Source: Sulfurimonas sp. (lineage in GTDB: Bacteria > Campylobacterota > Campylobacteria > Campylobacterales > Sulfurimonadaceae). From it: a stretch of 47,075 bases of DNA. Below the pieces are notes generated by a model. It saw only the letters and a program-made list of their open reading frames with translations, ran no database searches and had not been told where the DNA came from. Shown here one piece after another: positions 1-10,600 of the stretch. Both the position numbers and the translations under genes were made by a program. The stretch's first letter is position 1; each line of letters opens with the position of its first letter. Location of the stretch: assembly GCA_021157665.1 (NCBI GenBank), contig JAGGWE010000171.1:1-47075 (forward strand). The letters run 5' to 3'.

Positions 1-2
1 AT

Positions 3-740
3 GCTTATGCAAATGCAAGAGTACCCCTTAAAATTGTTTGTGGACTTCATTTGTATGGATATAGTCTTGTAGTAAATCCAGATAAAATTAAAAAAGTAGA
101 AGATTTAAATAATCCTAAATTTAATATTGGAGCTGTTAGAGAGGGAAGTGCTGCTGATGGAATGTTTAATATGATGGTTGAAAAATACAATCTTGATCGT
201 TCTATTTATAAACGGGTAAAAAGAATGTCTCCTGCACACCTTCTGCTGGCACTTAAAAACGGGCAACTTGATGCGGTGGTGATGCCTGAGCAGTATCCAA
301 GTATGGCTCAAGAGGCTGGATTTAAAGAGTTAATTAACGCACAAGATGTATGGCCACAAATGCAAGGAAGTGTATTAATTGTAACTCAAAAGTTGTTAAA
401 TGATAATCCAGAAGCGGTTAAAAAACTGGTTCAAATAACCAAAAAAGGAATAAAATTTATTTATTCAAATCCAAAAGAAGCTGTTACTATAGTCAACAAA
501 CATCTCAACATAGAGGGGCAAAAACTCTATCCAGGTCATCTGAAAAAGAAAGGGAAAATAGAAGATGTGCTTACTACAGAAAATAGTATTAGAAATTCAC
601 TTTATAACAAGCTGGTAAATACACATGAAATAGACCCTAAAATGATACAAGAAGCGATTGACAATCTAGCTAGATGGGGGAATATTAAAAAATCATTTCC
701 TGCGAATGAAATTTTAGACTTGAGATTTATTAATGAATAG
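3..740 (+). CDS. ABC transporter substrate-binding protein, SsuA/TauA/NMT1-like (5'-truncated by window edge)
   Basis: Frame is open from position 3 (AYANARVPLKIVCGLHLYG...). LKNGQLDAVVMPEQY and LLNDNPEAVKKLV are typical of SsuA/NMT1-type binding proteins. Followed by permease and ATPase genes. Confidence 0.75.
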   Translation, partial: AYANARVPLKIVCGLHLYGYSLVVNPDKIKKVEDLNNPKFNIGAVREGSAADGMFNMMVEKYNLDRSIYKRVKRMSPAHLLLALKNGQLDAVVMPEQYPSMAQEAGFKELINAQDVWPQMQGSVLIVTQKLLNDNPEAVKKLVQITKKGIKFIYSNPKEAVTIVNKHLNIEGQKLYPGHLKKKGKIEDVLTTENSIRNSLYNKLVNTHEIDPKMIQEAIDNLARWGNIKKSFPANEILDLRFINE

Positions 741-1500
741 CGAACAAAACAGCTATGCCCCAAAGATAAGAAGTATTTTCTCTGTTTTACTTTTTATTGC
801 CATTTGGGAGTTTTCGGTTCGTTTTGGCTGGATGCCTGGAAATATTTTTTTCCCACCTTTTTCAGAAGTGCTTACTGAAATCTGGGAGATGCTTTTTGAT
901 GATTTGCTTATCGATAGTTATAAAAGCAGTTTAACCCGTGTGATGATAGGATTTTTATTAGGTTCAACAAGTGGAATAGTTCTTGGCGTTTTAATGGGAT
1001 GGAATCAAAAAGTATATGATTGGCTCAAGCCTATTATATCAATACTCTATCCTATACCTGCTTTAGGATGGTTGCCACTTTTAATGTTGCTTATTGGTAT
1101 AAATGAAGTTTTACCTGTCGTGATTATTTTTATTTGTTCTTTTTTTCCTATCGTTTACAATACGGTTAAGGGAATCAAAGAGGTCAAGCCAGAGTTTATT
1201 AATGCAGCAAGGTTACTCGGAGCAAGTGATTTTGTTATATTAAGAAAAGTGGTTATTCCTCAAGCATTACCTTATATCTTTATAGGCTTAAAACTTGAAT
1301 CAGGTGCAGCTTGGAGAACAGTTGTAGCTGCGGAAATGATAGCTATTCCCACAGGAATTGGAGCTTTGATGATGAGAGCTGAAAATTTAATGCGAATAGA
1401 TATCATATTGGTGTGCCTCATCGTTTTATCGGTTATGTGTTTAATTTTTGAGAATTTTTTTAGCTATCTTGAATATAAAATGACAGGAGAATGGAATTAA
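733..1500 (+). CDS. ABC transporter permease, SsuC/TauC family
   Basis: Hydrophobic. Contains PIPALGWLPL, EAA-like loop AARLLGAS and AWRTVVAAEMIA...GIG. Confidence 0.85.
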   Translation: MNSEQNSYAPKIRSIFSVLLFIAIWEFSVRFGWMPGNIFFPPFSEVLTEIWEMLFDDLLIDSYKSSLTRVMIGFLLGSTSGIVLGVLMGWNQKVYDWLKPIISILYPIPALGWLPLLMLLIGINEVLPVVIIFICSFFPIVYNTVKGIKEVKPEFINAARLLGASDFVILRKVVIPQALPYIFIGLKLESGAAWRTVVAAEMIAIPTGIGALMMRAENLMRIDIILVCLIVLSVMCLIFENFFSYLEYKMTGEWN

Positions 1501-1501
1501 C

Positions 1502-2554
1502 ATGGTCAATATAGAATTAAAAAATATTAGTAATTATAATTGCAAAAACATCAATCTTAGCATAGAAGATGGAGAAATGATGGTACTTATTGGGCAAACT
1601 GGAGCCGGTAAAACAACTATATTAAATGTTATCTCTGGTCTAGCACCATACGAAGGTTCTGTCTATTTTAATGGAACTTGTATGGACAATATCTCACCTG
1701 CAAAAAGAGATGTAGGCTATTTATTTCAATCCTTTGCCCTATTCCCAAATTTAACTGTTAGAGAAAATATATCTTTTGGATTAGAAGTAAAGGATTTTGA
1801 CAAAAATCAAATTAATAAAAGAGTAAATGAGCTAATCTCTTTACTTGGAATTGAGCATATAACACATAGATATCCAAAAGGACTTAGTGGAGGAGAAAAG
1901 CAAAGAGTAGCCTTTGCTAGAACACTAGCAACAAATCCAAAAATTTTGCTTCTTGATGAGCCATTTAGTAATCTTGATCCAAGAACTGCAAATATTCTTC
2001 GTAATGAAATGAGGAATTTGCAAAAAGAATTAAATATTACTACTATTTTCGTTACACACAATCAAAAAGAAGCATTTGAATTGGCCGATAGAGTTGCAGT
2101 AATAAAAAATGGGATTATAGAACAAGTAAGTAAGCCTATGGATATTCTTTTCAATCCCCAAACCCAATCAGTTCATCATCTTTTAGGTTCCCCGACTATT
2201 TTAAAATGTGATAAGATAAAAGAGCTTGATTTTGGACTTGCCAAAGTTACTTGTGGTTCTCTTAGTCTTATTGTAATTAATGATGGAAAACCATTTGATA
2301 AAGTGGCTATTTTATCCCATGAAATACGCTTGTCAAAATATCCTATAGATAGTGTTATACCCAATAAATTTAAAGCAAAACTAATAGATATAACTATTGT
2401 TAACAAATCAATAGTTCAAATAGTTGTGGAAGCAGAAGAGACAAAGTTAACAATAGAACTATCAAAAACAAATTGGAATCAATTAGGAATCGGGATATCT
2501 GAAAATATACATATAGCTATACCTTTTGGTTCTATTATTACTCCAACTAAATAA
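1502..2554 (+). CDS. ABC transporter ATP-binding protein with C-terminal TOBE-like domain
   Basis: Walker A GQTGAGKT, signature LSGGEKQR, Walker B LLLDEPF, H-loop FVTHN. Confidence 0.9.
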   Translation: MVNIELKNISNYNCKNINLSIEDGEMMVLIGQTGAGKTTILNVISGLAPYEGSVYFNGTCMDNISPAKRDVGYLFQSFALFPNLTVRENISFGLEVKDFDKNQINKRVNELISLLGIEHITHRYPKGLSGGEKQRVAFARTLATNPKILLLDEPFSNLDPRTANILRNEMRNLQKELNITTIFVTHNQKEAFELADRVAVIKNGIIEQVSKPMDILFNPQTQSVHHLLGSPTILKCDKIKELDFGLAKVTCGSLSLIVINDGKPFDKVAILSHEIRLSKYPIDSVIPNKFKAKLIDITIVNKSIVQIVVEAEETKLTIELSKTNWNQLGIGISENIHIAIPFGSIITPTK

Positions 2555-2562
2555 GGAAAAAA

Positions 2563-3411
2563 ATGTTTAATCTAAATGACAATGAATTGTTAGAATATAT
2601 AAAAGAGGATTTAGCCTATTTTGATTTAACTACTTATCTTCAAGATAGTAGTGATAAAAAAGCAAAGATAGATATATATACGAGAGAAGATATAATAGTA
2701 TCTTGCTCTGAAGAAGCTTCAAGAATAGTAGAACTTCTTGGATGTAAGGTTGATTTTGTTATCCCATCAAAACAAAAAGTAAAAACAGGTGAAATTATTT
2801 TATCTTTTAGTGGAGATTATGAAAAAGTTCATCAAGCTTGGAGATCTTCACAGGTAATCTTAGAATATAGTTGTAAAATAGCAACTTTTACTTATGAAAT
2901 GAAACAAGAGATTCAAAAAACTAACAATAATTGCGAACTATTAACAACTCGTAAAACATTTCCACTTTCTAAAAAGTTTTGTATTAAATCTATTATGATT
3001 GGAGGTGCAATGCCCCATCGTTTAGGACTAAGTGAAACAATTTTATTTTTTCCTCATCATAGAGTTATTTATAAAGATAATAATTCATTTTATAAAGCTA
3101 TTAATGAATTTAAAATAAAAGCACCAGAGAAAAAAATTGTAGTAGAGTCAAAAGATTTTGAGGATACTGTAATGTTAATGAAAAATGGTGCAGATGTAAT
3201 ACAAATGGATAAAGTTAATATTTTACTTTTAAATAAAGTAATAAAATATAAAAATCAAAAATTTCCATATATAAAAATATTAGCAGCAGGTGGAATTAAT
3301 AAAGCAAATGCTAAAGAATTTGCACGAACAAATGTTGATGCTATCGTTACAAGTAGCGTATATTCTTGTGGTATGGCAAATTTGGGTACTAAAATTGAAC
3401 TTTTACACTAA
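2563..3411 (+). CDS. modD: ModD protein (NadC/quinolinate phosphoribosyltransferase-like)
   Basis: EDLAYFDLTT, TTRKTFP, GGAMPHRLGLSETIL and AAGGIN motifs. Lies directly upstream of modA. Confidence 0.85.
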   Translation: MFNLNDNELLEYIKEDLAYFDLTTYLQDSSDKKAKIDIYTREDIIVSCSEEASRIVELLGCKVDFVIPSKQKVKTGEIILSFSGDYEKVHQAWRSSQVILEYSCKIATFTYEMKQEIQKTNNNCELLTTRKTFPLSKKFCIKSIMIGGAMPHRLGLSETILFFPHHRVIYKDNNSFYKAINEFKIKAPEKKIVVESKDFEDTVMLMKNGADVIQMDKVNILLLNKVIKYKNQKFPYIKILAAGGINKANAKEFARTNVDAIVTSSVYSCGMANLGTKIELLH

Positions 3412-3433
3412 AGTAAAAAGAATTATTGAAATT

Positions 3434-3442
3434 TGGTATAAT
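3434..3442 (+). promoter_or_regulatory. Extended -10 promoter element (TGnTATAAT) upstream of modA
   Basis: TGGTATAAT about 30 bp upstream of the modA ATG, with a CAGGAG RBS in between. Confidence 0.55.
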
Positions 3443-3471
3443 CACCAAAACATTTAAATACAGGAGTTAAA

Positions 3472-4230
3472 ATGTTAAAAAAATTAATCATTATTAGTTT
3501 ATTCATAAATACTTATCTATTTGCAGGAGTTATAAATATAGCAGTCGCTGCAAATGTTAGTTATGCAATAGAGGATTTAAAAAAAGAGTTCAATAAACTT
3601 CATCCTGATATAAAAGTTAGAGTTACACTTGGTAGTAGTGGGAAACTAACTGCTCAAATAAAAAATGGAGCACCCTACCAACTTTTTATGGCAGCAAATA
3701 TGAGATACCCTCAAGCTTTATATGCTGATGGAATCGCTATCAGTAAACCTATTGTATATGCACAAGGAACTCTTGCTTATCTTAGCAACAAAAAACAAGA
3801 TTTTTCAAAAGGTATAATAATAATTAAAAATTCAAACATAGATAAAATAGCAATAGCAAATCCAAAAACAGCACCCTATGGTAAGGCAGCAATTGAAGCT
3901 ATAAAAAATAGTGGTATTTATGGTGATGTAAAGAAAAAATTTGTTTATGCAGAATCAATTTCCCAAACTGTCTCTTATACCGTAACAGCTACCGACATAG
4001 GATTCATCGCTAAATCTTCACTTTATTCTCCACATATGTCTAAATACAAAGAGGGTATTAACTGGGCAGAAGTAGATTCTAAATTATATACACCTATAAA
4101 TCAAGGTATCGTAATACTTAAAAATGCTAAAGAAAATGATGAAGTAAAAGCATTTTATACTTTTATATTAAGTGCTAAAGCAAAAAAAATATTGGATAAT
4201 TTTGGGTATTTAACTAAAGGCTTACAATGA
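3472..4230 (+). CDS. modA: Molybdate ABC transporter substrate-binding protein
   Basis: Signal peptide; AVAAN, GSSGKLTAQIKNGAP and IANPKTAPYG motifs. Confidence 0.93.
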   Translation: MLKKLIIISLFINTYLFAGVINIAVAANVSYAIEDLKKEFNKLHPDIKVRVTLGSSGKLTAQIKNGAPYQLFMAANMRYPQALYADGIAISKPIVYAQGTLAYLSNKKQDFSKGIIIIKNSNIDKIAIANPKTAPYGKAAIEAIKNSGIYGDVKKKFVYAESISQTVSYTVTATDIGFIAKSSLYSPHMSKYKEGINWAEVDSKLYTPINQGIVILKNAKENDEVKAFYTFILSAKAKKILDNFGYLTKGLQ

Positions 4231-4628
4231 GTAATATTATAGCAACAGTATCAAAAATTCAAAATTGTGATAATTTACACTTAGTAGAATTCAACTTTAA
4301 TAATCAATCTTTATCTATGGTTAGTTTAGAATTAAATAAAAAAATAAAAATAGGAACACAAGTAAAATTGGTTATAAAACCATCGCATATAACAATAGCA
4401 AAAAACTTTACTGGAGATATTAGCTATTCAAACAAACTAGATTCTACGATAGTATCTATAGAAAATGGTAGACTTTTAAGCAGTGTTAAACTAGATTTTT
4501 TCAATACTACTTTGGAATCAATCATCACTCACACTGCATCACAAAAAATGAATTTACAAGTCGGTGATAAAGTTATAGCCTTCATAAAAGAGAGTGAATT
4601 ATCGATAAGTGAAATTATAGATGCTTGA
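4227..4628 (+). CDS. Double TOBE/Mop-domain molybdate-binding protein
   Basis: SNKLDSTIVSIENG and SIIT...MNLQVGDKVIAFIKESE match Mop repeats. Lies between modA and modB. Confidence 0.8.
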   Translation: MSNIIATVSKIQNCDNLHLVEFNFNNQSLSMVSLELNKKIKIGTQVKLVIKPSHITIAKNFTGDISYSNKLDSTIVSIENGRLLSSVKLDFFNTTLESIITHTASQKMNLQVGDKVIAFIKESELSISEIIDA

Positions 4629-5322
4629 GATAATTTCAACATTAGAATTTGAACCATTTTTACTATCTTTTAAACTTGCTTCTATTACTACTTTAATTTT
4701 ATTTATTTTATGTCTGCCATTAGCTTGGTATCTATCACAAACAAAATCAAAATCAAAGCCATTTTTAGAAGCTATTACAGCTTTACCGATTGTATTACCT
4801 CCATCAGTATTAGGATTTTATATTCTTTTTGCCTTATCTCAAAATTCACCGATTGGAATTTTCTTCGATGAATATTTTGATGTAAAACTTGTATTTAATT
4901 TTCCTGGACTTGTTGTAGCAAGTTGTTTTTACTCACTTCCTTTTATGATTCAACCACTCCAAAGTGGTTTTGAAAATATAAATAAAAATATGCTTGAAGC
5001 ATCATATGTATCAGGGAAAAGTAAATTTCAAACAATTTTTAAAGTAGCTTTACCAAATATAAAACCGGCATTAATGACAGCTATTATTGTAACCTTTGCT
5101 CATACTGTTGGGGAATTTGGAGTTGTTTTAATGGTAGGTGGAAGTATCCCTAATGAAACAAAAGTAGCATCAGTTGCTATTTATGAGATGGTTGAAATTA
5201 TGGATTATACAAGTGCTCATATATATAGTGCCATTATGCTAATAATTAGCTTTTTAGTACTACTTAGTGTATATATCTTTAATCATAAACAAAACAATAA
5301 ATTTAGTGGGTTACAAAAATGA
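4621..5322 (+). CDS. modB: Molybdate ABC transporter permease
   Basis: LPIVLPPSVLGFY and FAHTVGEFGVVLMVGGSIP motifs. Confidence 0.95.
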   Translation: MLEIISTLEFEPFLLSFKLASITTLILFILCLPLAWYLSQTKSKSKPFLEAITALPIVLPPSVLGFYILFALSQNSPIGIFFDEYFDVKLVFNFPGLVVASCFYSLPFMIQPLQSGFENINKNMLEASYVSGKSKFQTIFKVALPNIKPALMTAIIVTFAHTVGEFGVVLMVGGSIPNETKVASVAIYEMVEIMDYTSAHIYSAIMLIISFLVLLSVYIFNHKQNNKFSGLQK

Positions 5323-6179
5323 TAAAAATAAATATTAATAAAAAACTCCATGGAAGTAATGGGGAGATGGATTTAAATATAGATATTGAGATAAAAGATA
5401 ATGATTTTGTAGCTTTAGCTGGAGAGAGTGGAAGTGGGAAAACAACACTTTTAAGAATTCTAGCAGGACTTGAAGAGGTAAAAGGGACAATAAAAATAGG
5501 CGATAAAATTTGGCTTAATGATAAAATAAATCTTCCACCTCAAAAAAGAGAAATCGGTTTTGTATTTCAAGATTATGCACTTTTTCCAAATATGAGTGTT
5601 GAAGAAAATCTACTTTTTGTAAATAAAGATAAAAAAATGGCAAATCATCTACTAAATATTACAGAACTTACTAAACTAAAAAAACGACTCCCAAATACAC
5701 TTAGTGGTGGACAAAAACAAAGAGTGAGTTTATGTAGAGCCTTGATGAATAAACCTAAGTTATTACTTATGGATGAACCATTATCTGCTCTTGATCCAAG
5801 CATGAGAACAAAACTACAAAATGAAATTTTAACACTTCATAAAGAATTTGGAACAACAACCATAATGGTAAGTCATGACCCAAGTGAAATTTATAGACTT
5901 AGTAATCGTGTTTTAGTTTTAAACCAAGGAAAAATTATAAATGATGGAAAACCAAAAGATGTACTACTTAGAACAACTGGTTCACAAAAGTTCTCTTTTG
6001 AGGGAGAACTTTTAGATATAAAAAAAGTTGATGTAATTTACATCGCTATCATATCGATAGGTCAACAATTAGTTGAAATAGTAGTTACGGCTGAAGAAAC
6101 AAAAAACCTAACTATAGGCGATATTGTTAATGTTAGCACAAAAGCATTTAACCCAACTATCACCTATAAAAAAAACTAA
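5319..6179 (+). CDS. modC: Molybdate ABC transporter ATP-binding protein
   Basis: GESGSGKT, PPQKREIGFVFQDYALFP and LSGGQKQR motifs, C-terminal TOBE domain, mod operon context. Confidence 0.9.
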   Translation: MIKININKKLHGSNGEMDLNIDIEIKDNDFVALAGESGSGKTTLLRILAGLEEVKGTIKIGDKIWLNDKINLPPQKREIGFVFQDYALFPNMSVEENLLFVNKDKKMANHLLNITELTKLKKRLPNTLSGGQKQRVSLCRALMNKPKLLLMDEPLSALDPSMRTKLQNEILTLHKEFGTTTIMVSHDPSEIYRLSNRVLVLNQGKIINDGKPKDVLLRTTGSQKFSFEGELLDIKKVDVIYIAIISIGQQLVEIVVTAEETKNLTIGDIVNVSTKAFNPTITYKKN

Positions 6180-7640
6180 TTAAATCTCACAAAGAGATTT
6201 ATCTCTTGAATTTAACATAGTTTTTGAGTTAGTTAGATACTCATCTACTTCTATCGCACACTCACGACCCTCATAAATTGCCCATACAACTAGAGATTGT
6301 CCTCTTCGGCTATCTCCTGCACTAAATACTCCATCAACTGATGTTGCAAATCCTGTTGTTTTAATATTGCTTCTCTCATCTGTATCAAGACTCAACTCTT
6401 TTATAACATCATCTTGTAATGGTCCTAAAAATCCCATAGCTAAAAGTACTAAGTCTGCTTTTAGTACAAACTCACTCCCCTCTATCTCTTTAAACCCTCT
6501 ACCTTCCCACTCAATTTTTGCACAGTTAATCCCAGTAACATTTCCATTCTCATCTTTTATAAATGATTTTGAAAGTATATTGAAATCCATTTCACAACCC
6601 TCAGCCTGAGAAGTTGAAAGCTTAAAGACTCTTGGATAAGTTGGCCAAGGCATATCCTCTGTTCTCTCTAGTGGAGCTTTTGGCATTAACTCTATCTGAG
6701 TTACACTCTTCGCTCCCTGACGGATAGAGTTTCCAACACAGTCACTACCAGTATCTCCACCACCTATTACAACAACATGTTTATCCGTTGCCAAAATAGA
6801 TTCTTCATCAGAAAAACTCTCACCCTCAACTCTTGAGTTGCTTTGAGATAAAAATTCCATAGCAAAATGGATATTGTTTGCATCACGATTATCTATCGGT
6901 AAATCTCTAGGATTTCCAGCACCAGTTGAGATTATAACTGCATCATTTGAGTTTTGTAATTCACTTAAAGGAATATCTACACCAATATTTGCATCAGTTA
7001 TAAACTTCACACCCTCTTGGCTCATCAAATCAACTCTTCTTTGAACAACATCTTTTTTATCTAATTTAAAGTTAGGAATTCCGTATCTTACAAGACCACC
7101 GATACGACTATCTTTTTCATATACTGTTACATTATGTCCAGCTTTATTTAACTGATTTGCAGCTGAGAGTCCTGCTGGTCCACTACCAACAACAGCAACA
7201 TTTTTACCCGTCTGTCTCTTTGGTATTTGTGGTTTCATCCAACCTTTTTTATAAGCTTTTTCTATTATAGAATACTCTATATTTTTAATCCCAACAGCAG
7301 TTTCATTCATCCCAAGTACACATGCCGTCTCACAAATTGCTGGACAGACACGACCAGTAAACTCTGGAAAGTTATTTGTACTCATCAAAGTTCTAAAAGC
7401 ATTTTCCCATTTTCCACGATAAACTTGATCATTAAATTGAGGTATAAGATTTCCTAGTGGACAACCAAAACTAGAGTGACAAAATGGCACTCCACACTCC
7501 ATACATCTGGCACCCTGTTCCTCCATATCTTCTTTTGAAAGTGGAGTTGTAAATTCATTATAGTGCTTAATTCTATCTTCTGGTACCTCTAGTGTAAAGT
7601 TTTTTCTATTATAATCTTTAAATCCTGTTACTTTTCCCAT
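6180..7640 (-). CDS. gltD: Glutamate synthase small subunit
   Basis: RCMECGVPFC, NNFPEFTGRVCP, GSGPAGL, GGGDTGSDC and GQSLVVWAI motifs. Confidence 0.97.
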   Translation of the reverse strand: MGKVTGFKDYNRKNFTLEVPEDRIKHYNEFTTPLSKEDMEEQGARCMECGVPFCHSSFGCPLGNLIPQFNDQVYRGKWENAFRTLMSTNNFPEFTGRVCPAICETACVLGMNETAVGIKNIEYSIIEKAYKKGWMKPQIPKRQTGKNVAVVGSGPAGLSAANQLNKAGHNVTVYEKDSRIGGLVRYGIPNFKLDKKDVVQRRVDLMSQEGVKFITDANIGVDIPLSELQNSNDAVIISTGAGNPRDLPIDNRDANNIHFAMEFLSQSNSRVEGESFSDEESILATDKHVVVIGGGDTGSDCVGNSIRQGAKSVTQIELMPKAPLERTEDMPWPTYPRVFKLSTSQAEGCEMDFNILSKSFIKDENGNVTGINCAKIEWEGRGFKEIEGSEFVLKADLVLLAMGFLGPLQDDVIKELSLDTDERSNIKTTGFATSVDGVFSAGDSRRGQSLVVWAIYEGRECAIEVDEYLTNSKTMLNSRDKSLCEI

Positions 7641-7641
7641 C

Positions 7642-10600
7642 TCACACCTCCTCTTTTTTTGCAGCTTGTTCTGCTAAAACTCTTTTATAATCTCTTGGCA
7701 TAATTTTAATAAATTTAGCTTTGTTATTTTCCCAATCAGCTAAAATCTCTCTAGCCTCTTTGGAATCAGTATATTTGATATAGTTTTCAATCATACCCTT
7801 AACTTCTACCTCATCTTGGGCTGTATCAATAGCATCTAAGTCAACCATACCTTTATTGATTCTCTGAGTTGTAGTACCTCTTTCATCATAAATATAAGCA
7901 ATACCACCACTCATACCCGCTCCAAAGTTTTTACCAATCTCGCCAAGAATTACAACTCGTCCACCAGTCATATACTCACAACCATGATCACCAATACTTC
8001 CAACAACAACTTTTGCACCACTGTTTCTTACACAAAATCTCTCACCAGCTTGACCATAGATATAAGACTCTCCACTCGTAGCACCATAAAAGGCAACATT
8101 TCCTAAAATAGTCGTTCTATTTGCATCATAAGTAGCATTTTTTGGAGGATAAAGAATAAGTTTAGCACCACAAAGTCCTTTACCAAAGTAATCATTTGCA
8201 TCACCTTCTACCTCAAAAGTGATACCACTATTTACAAATGCACCAAAACTTTGTCCACAACTTCCATCTGCTTTAAAGTAGATTGTATCATCAGGTAAAC
8301 CAGCCTCACCATATTTCTTAGTCATAGTTGAAGAGAGCATAGTTCCAACAGTTCTGTTAATATTTCGAAGCTTGATATTCTCCCTGATTGGTGTTTTATT
8401 ATCAATCGCTTCTTTTGCTAATTTTATCAATTCATTATCTAAAGCAGCATCAATTCCATGATCTTGATTCATAGTTTTATATGCAGTATCTTCACTTCTT
8501 AGATGCATTTTATGAAGAAGTTTATCAAGCTGAAGATGTTTTGCTTTATAATGTTTTACGCCATCTTTAGCTTTTAGTTTATCAACCCGTCCAACCATCT
8601 CATCAATAGTTTTAAAACCAAGTTCAGCCATAATTTCTCTTAAATCTGTCGCTAAAAACTTAACAAAATTCACCACATGCTCAGCTTTACCTTTGTATTT
8701 TGCTCTTAAATCTTTATCTTGAGTTGCAATTCCAACAGGACAAGTATTTAAATGACATTTTCTCATCATTATACAACCCTCAACAACTAAAGCACTAGTA
8801 GCGATTCCCCACTCTTCTGCACCAAGCAGAGTTGCTATGGCTATATCTCGTCCAGTTCTTAGTTGTCCATCAGTTTGAACAACAATTCTACCACGAAGAC
8901 CATTTTTAACTAAAGTTTGATGTGTCTCAGCAAGTCCAAGTTCCCAAGGAAGTCCAGCATGTTTTATAGATGTTTGAGGAGATGCTCCCGTTCCACCATC
9001 AAAACCAGAGATAAGAACTACATCAGAATAAGCCTTAGCAACACCAGCGGCAATAGTTCCAACACCAACTTCAGAAACTAGCTTAGTATTTATTCTGGCA
9101 TGTGGGTTTGAATTTTTCAAATCATGGATTAACTGTTTTAAATCTTCAATAGAGTAAATATCATGATGTGGAGGTGGTGAAATAAGTCCAACACCGGGAG
9201 TTGAATGACGAACTGCACCAATTATATCATCTACCTTATGCCCAGGAAGTTGTCCACCCTCACCAGGTTTTGCACCTTGAGCAAGTTTTATTTGTAACTC
9301 CTCTGCATTTACTAAATAATTAGCAGTTACACCAAATCTACCAGAAGCAACTTGCTTGATTTTAGAATTTTTATTAGTTCCAAAGCGATTAGCATTTTCA
9401 CCACCCTCACCAGTATTTGACTTTGCACCAATAGAGTTCATCGCAATTGCCAAAGTTGTATGAGCCTCTTCAGAGATAGAACCATAACTCATAGCACCAG
9501 TTGCAAATCTTTTCATGATATTTTCAATAGGTTCAACCTCATCAATAGAGATAGGTTTTTGTTTTGTAAATTCAAGTAAACTTCTAAGAGTAACAAACTC
9601 CTCTTGTGGCTCATCAATAATTTTTGTATATTGTTTAAAAATATCAAAACTATATTTTTTAGTTGCTTGTTGAAGTAAAAAAATTGTCTCTGGAGAAAAA
9701 AGATGATTTTCCCCTCTTTGTCTATATGCATACTGTCCACCAACACCTAAATCATTAGCTTCAATTATTTGTTTTGGATATGCAATAGAGTGACATAAAA
9801 GAGTCTCTATCTCTATAGTCTCTATATCAATACCGGCAAGTCTTGATGGTGTACCTTTAAAGTATTTCTCAACTAACTCATCACCTAAACCAACTGCTTC
9901 AAATATTTGAGCACCAGTATATGAACGGATAGTTGAAATTCCCATTTTTGACATAATTTTAAAAATACCCTTTCCAATGGCAGTGATATAATTTTGTTCA
10001 GCCATCTCTGGAGTAATATCTTCATTTATCATCTTTCTTTTTCGCATATCTTCTATAGTTTCAAAGGCTAAGTAAGGATTAATAGCATTTGCTCCATAGC
10101 CAATAAGTGTAGCGAAATGATGTATCTCTCTAGCTTCACCAGACTCAACAACTAAACCACAACTTGTTCTAATACCCTCGTCAATAAGATGATGATGAAC
10201 AGCACTTGTAGCAAGAAGTGTCGGGATTGCAGCCTTTGTTTTAGAAATTCCACGAGTTGATAAAATAATAACCTGATAGCCATCTTTTACAGCCATACTT
10301 GCTTCATCTTTAATTTTTTCTAATTCAATTTCCATATTACCACTTTTAGTGGTATCAAACAAGATATTAATGGTTTTAGCTTTGAAATTAAATTTAGAGA
10401 CTCCTCTTAGTTTTTCAAGTTGAATATTTGTTAAAATTGGAGAAGATAATTTTATAAAATTTCTTTTTTCATCTACCTCTTGAAAGAGATTTCCTTGAGA
10501 ACCAATATATGCCGTTAAACTCATAACAGACTCTTCACGAATTGGGTCAATAGGAGGATTTGTAACTTGAGCAAAAAGTTGATGGAAATAGTTATAAAGA

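Noticed and set aside
6170-6190. modC and gltD stop codons abutting with no terminator
   Set aside because: Abutting convergent genes are common in compact Campylobacterota genomes, and no further signal was seen.
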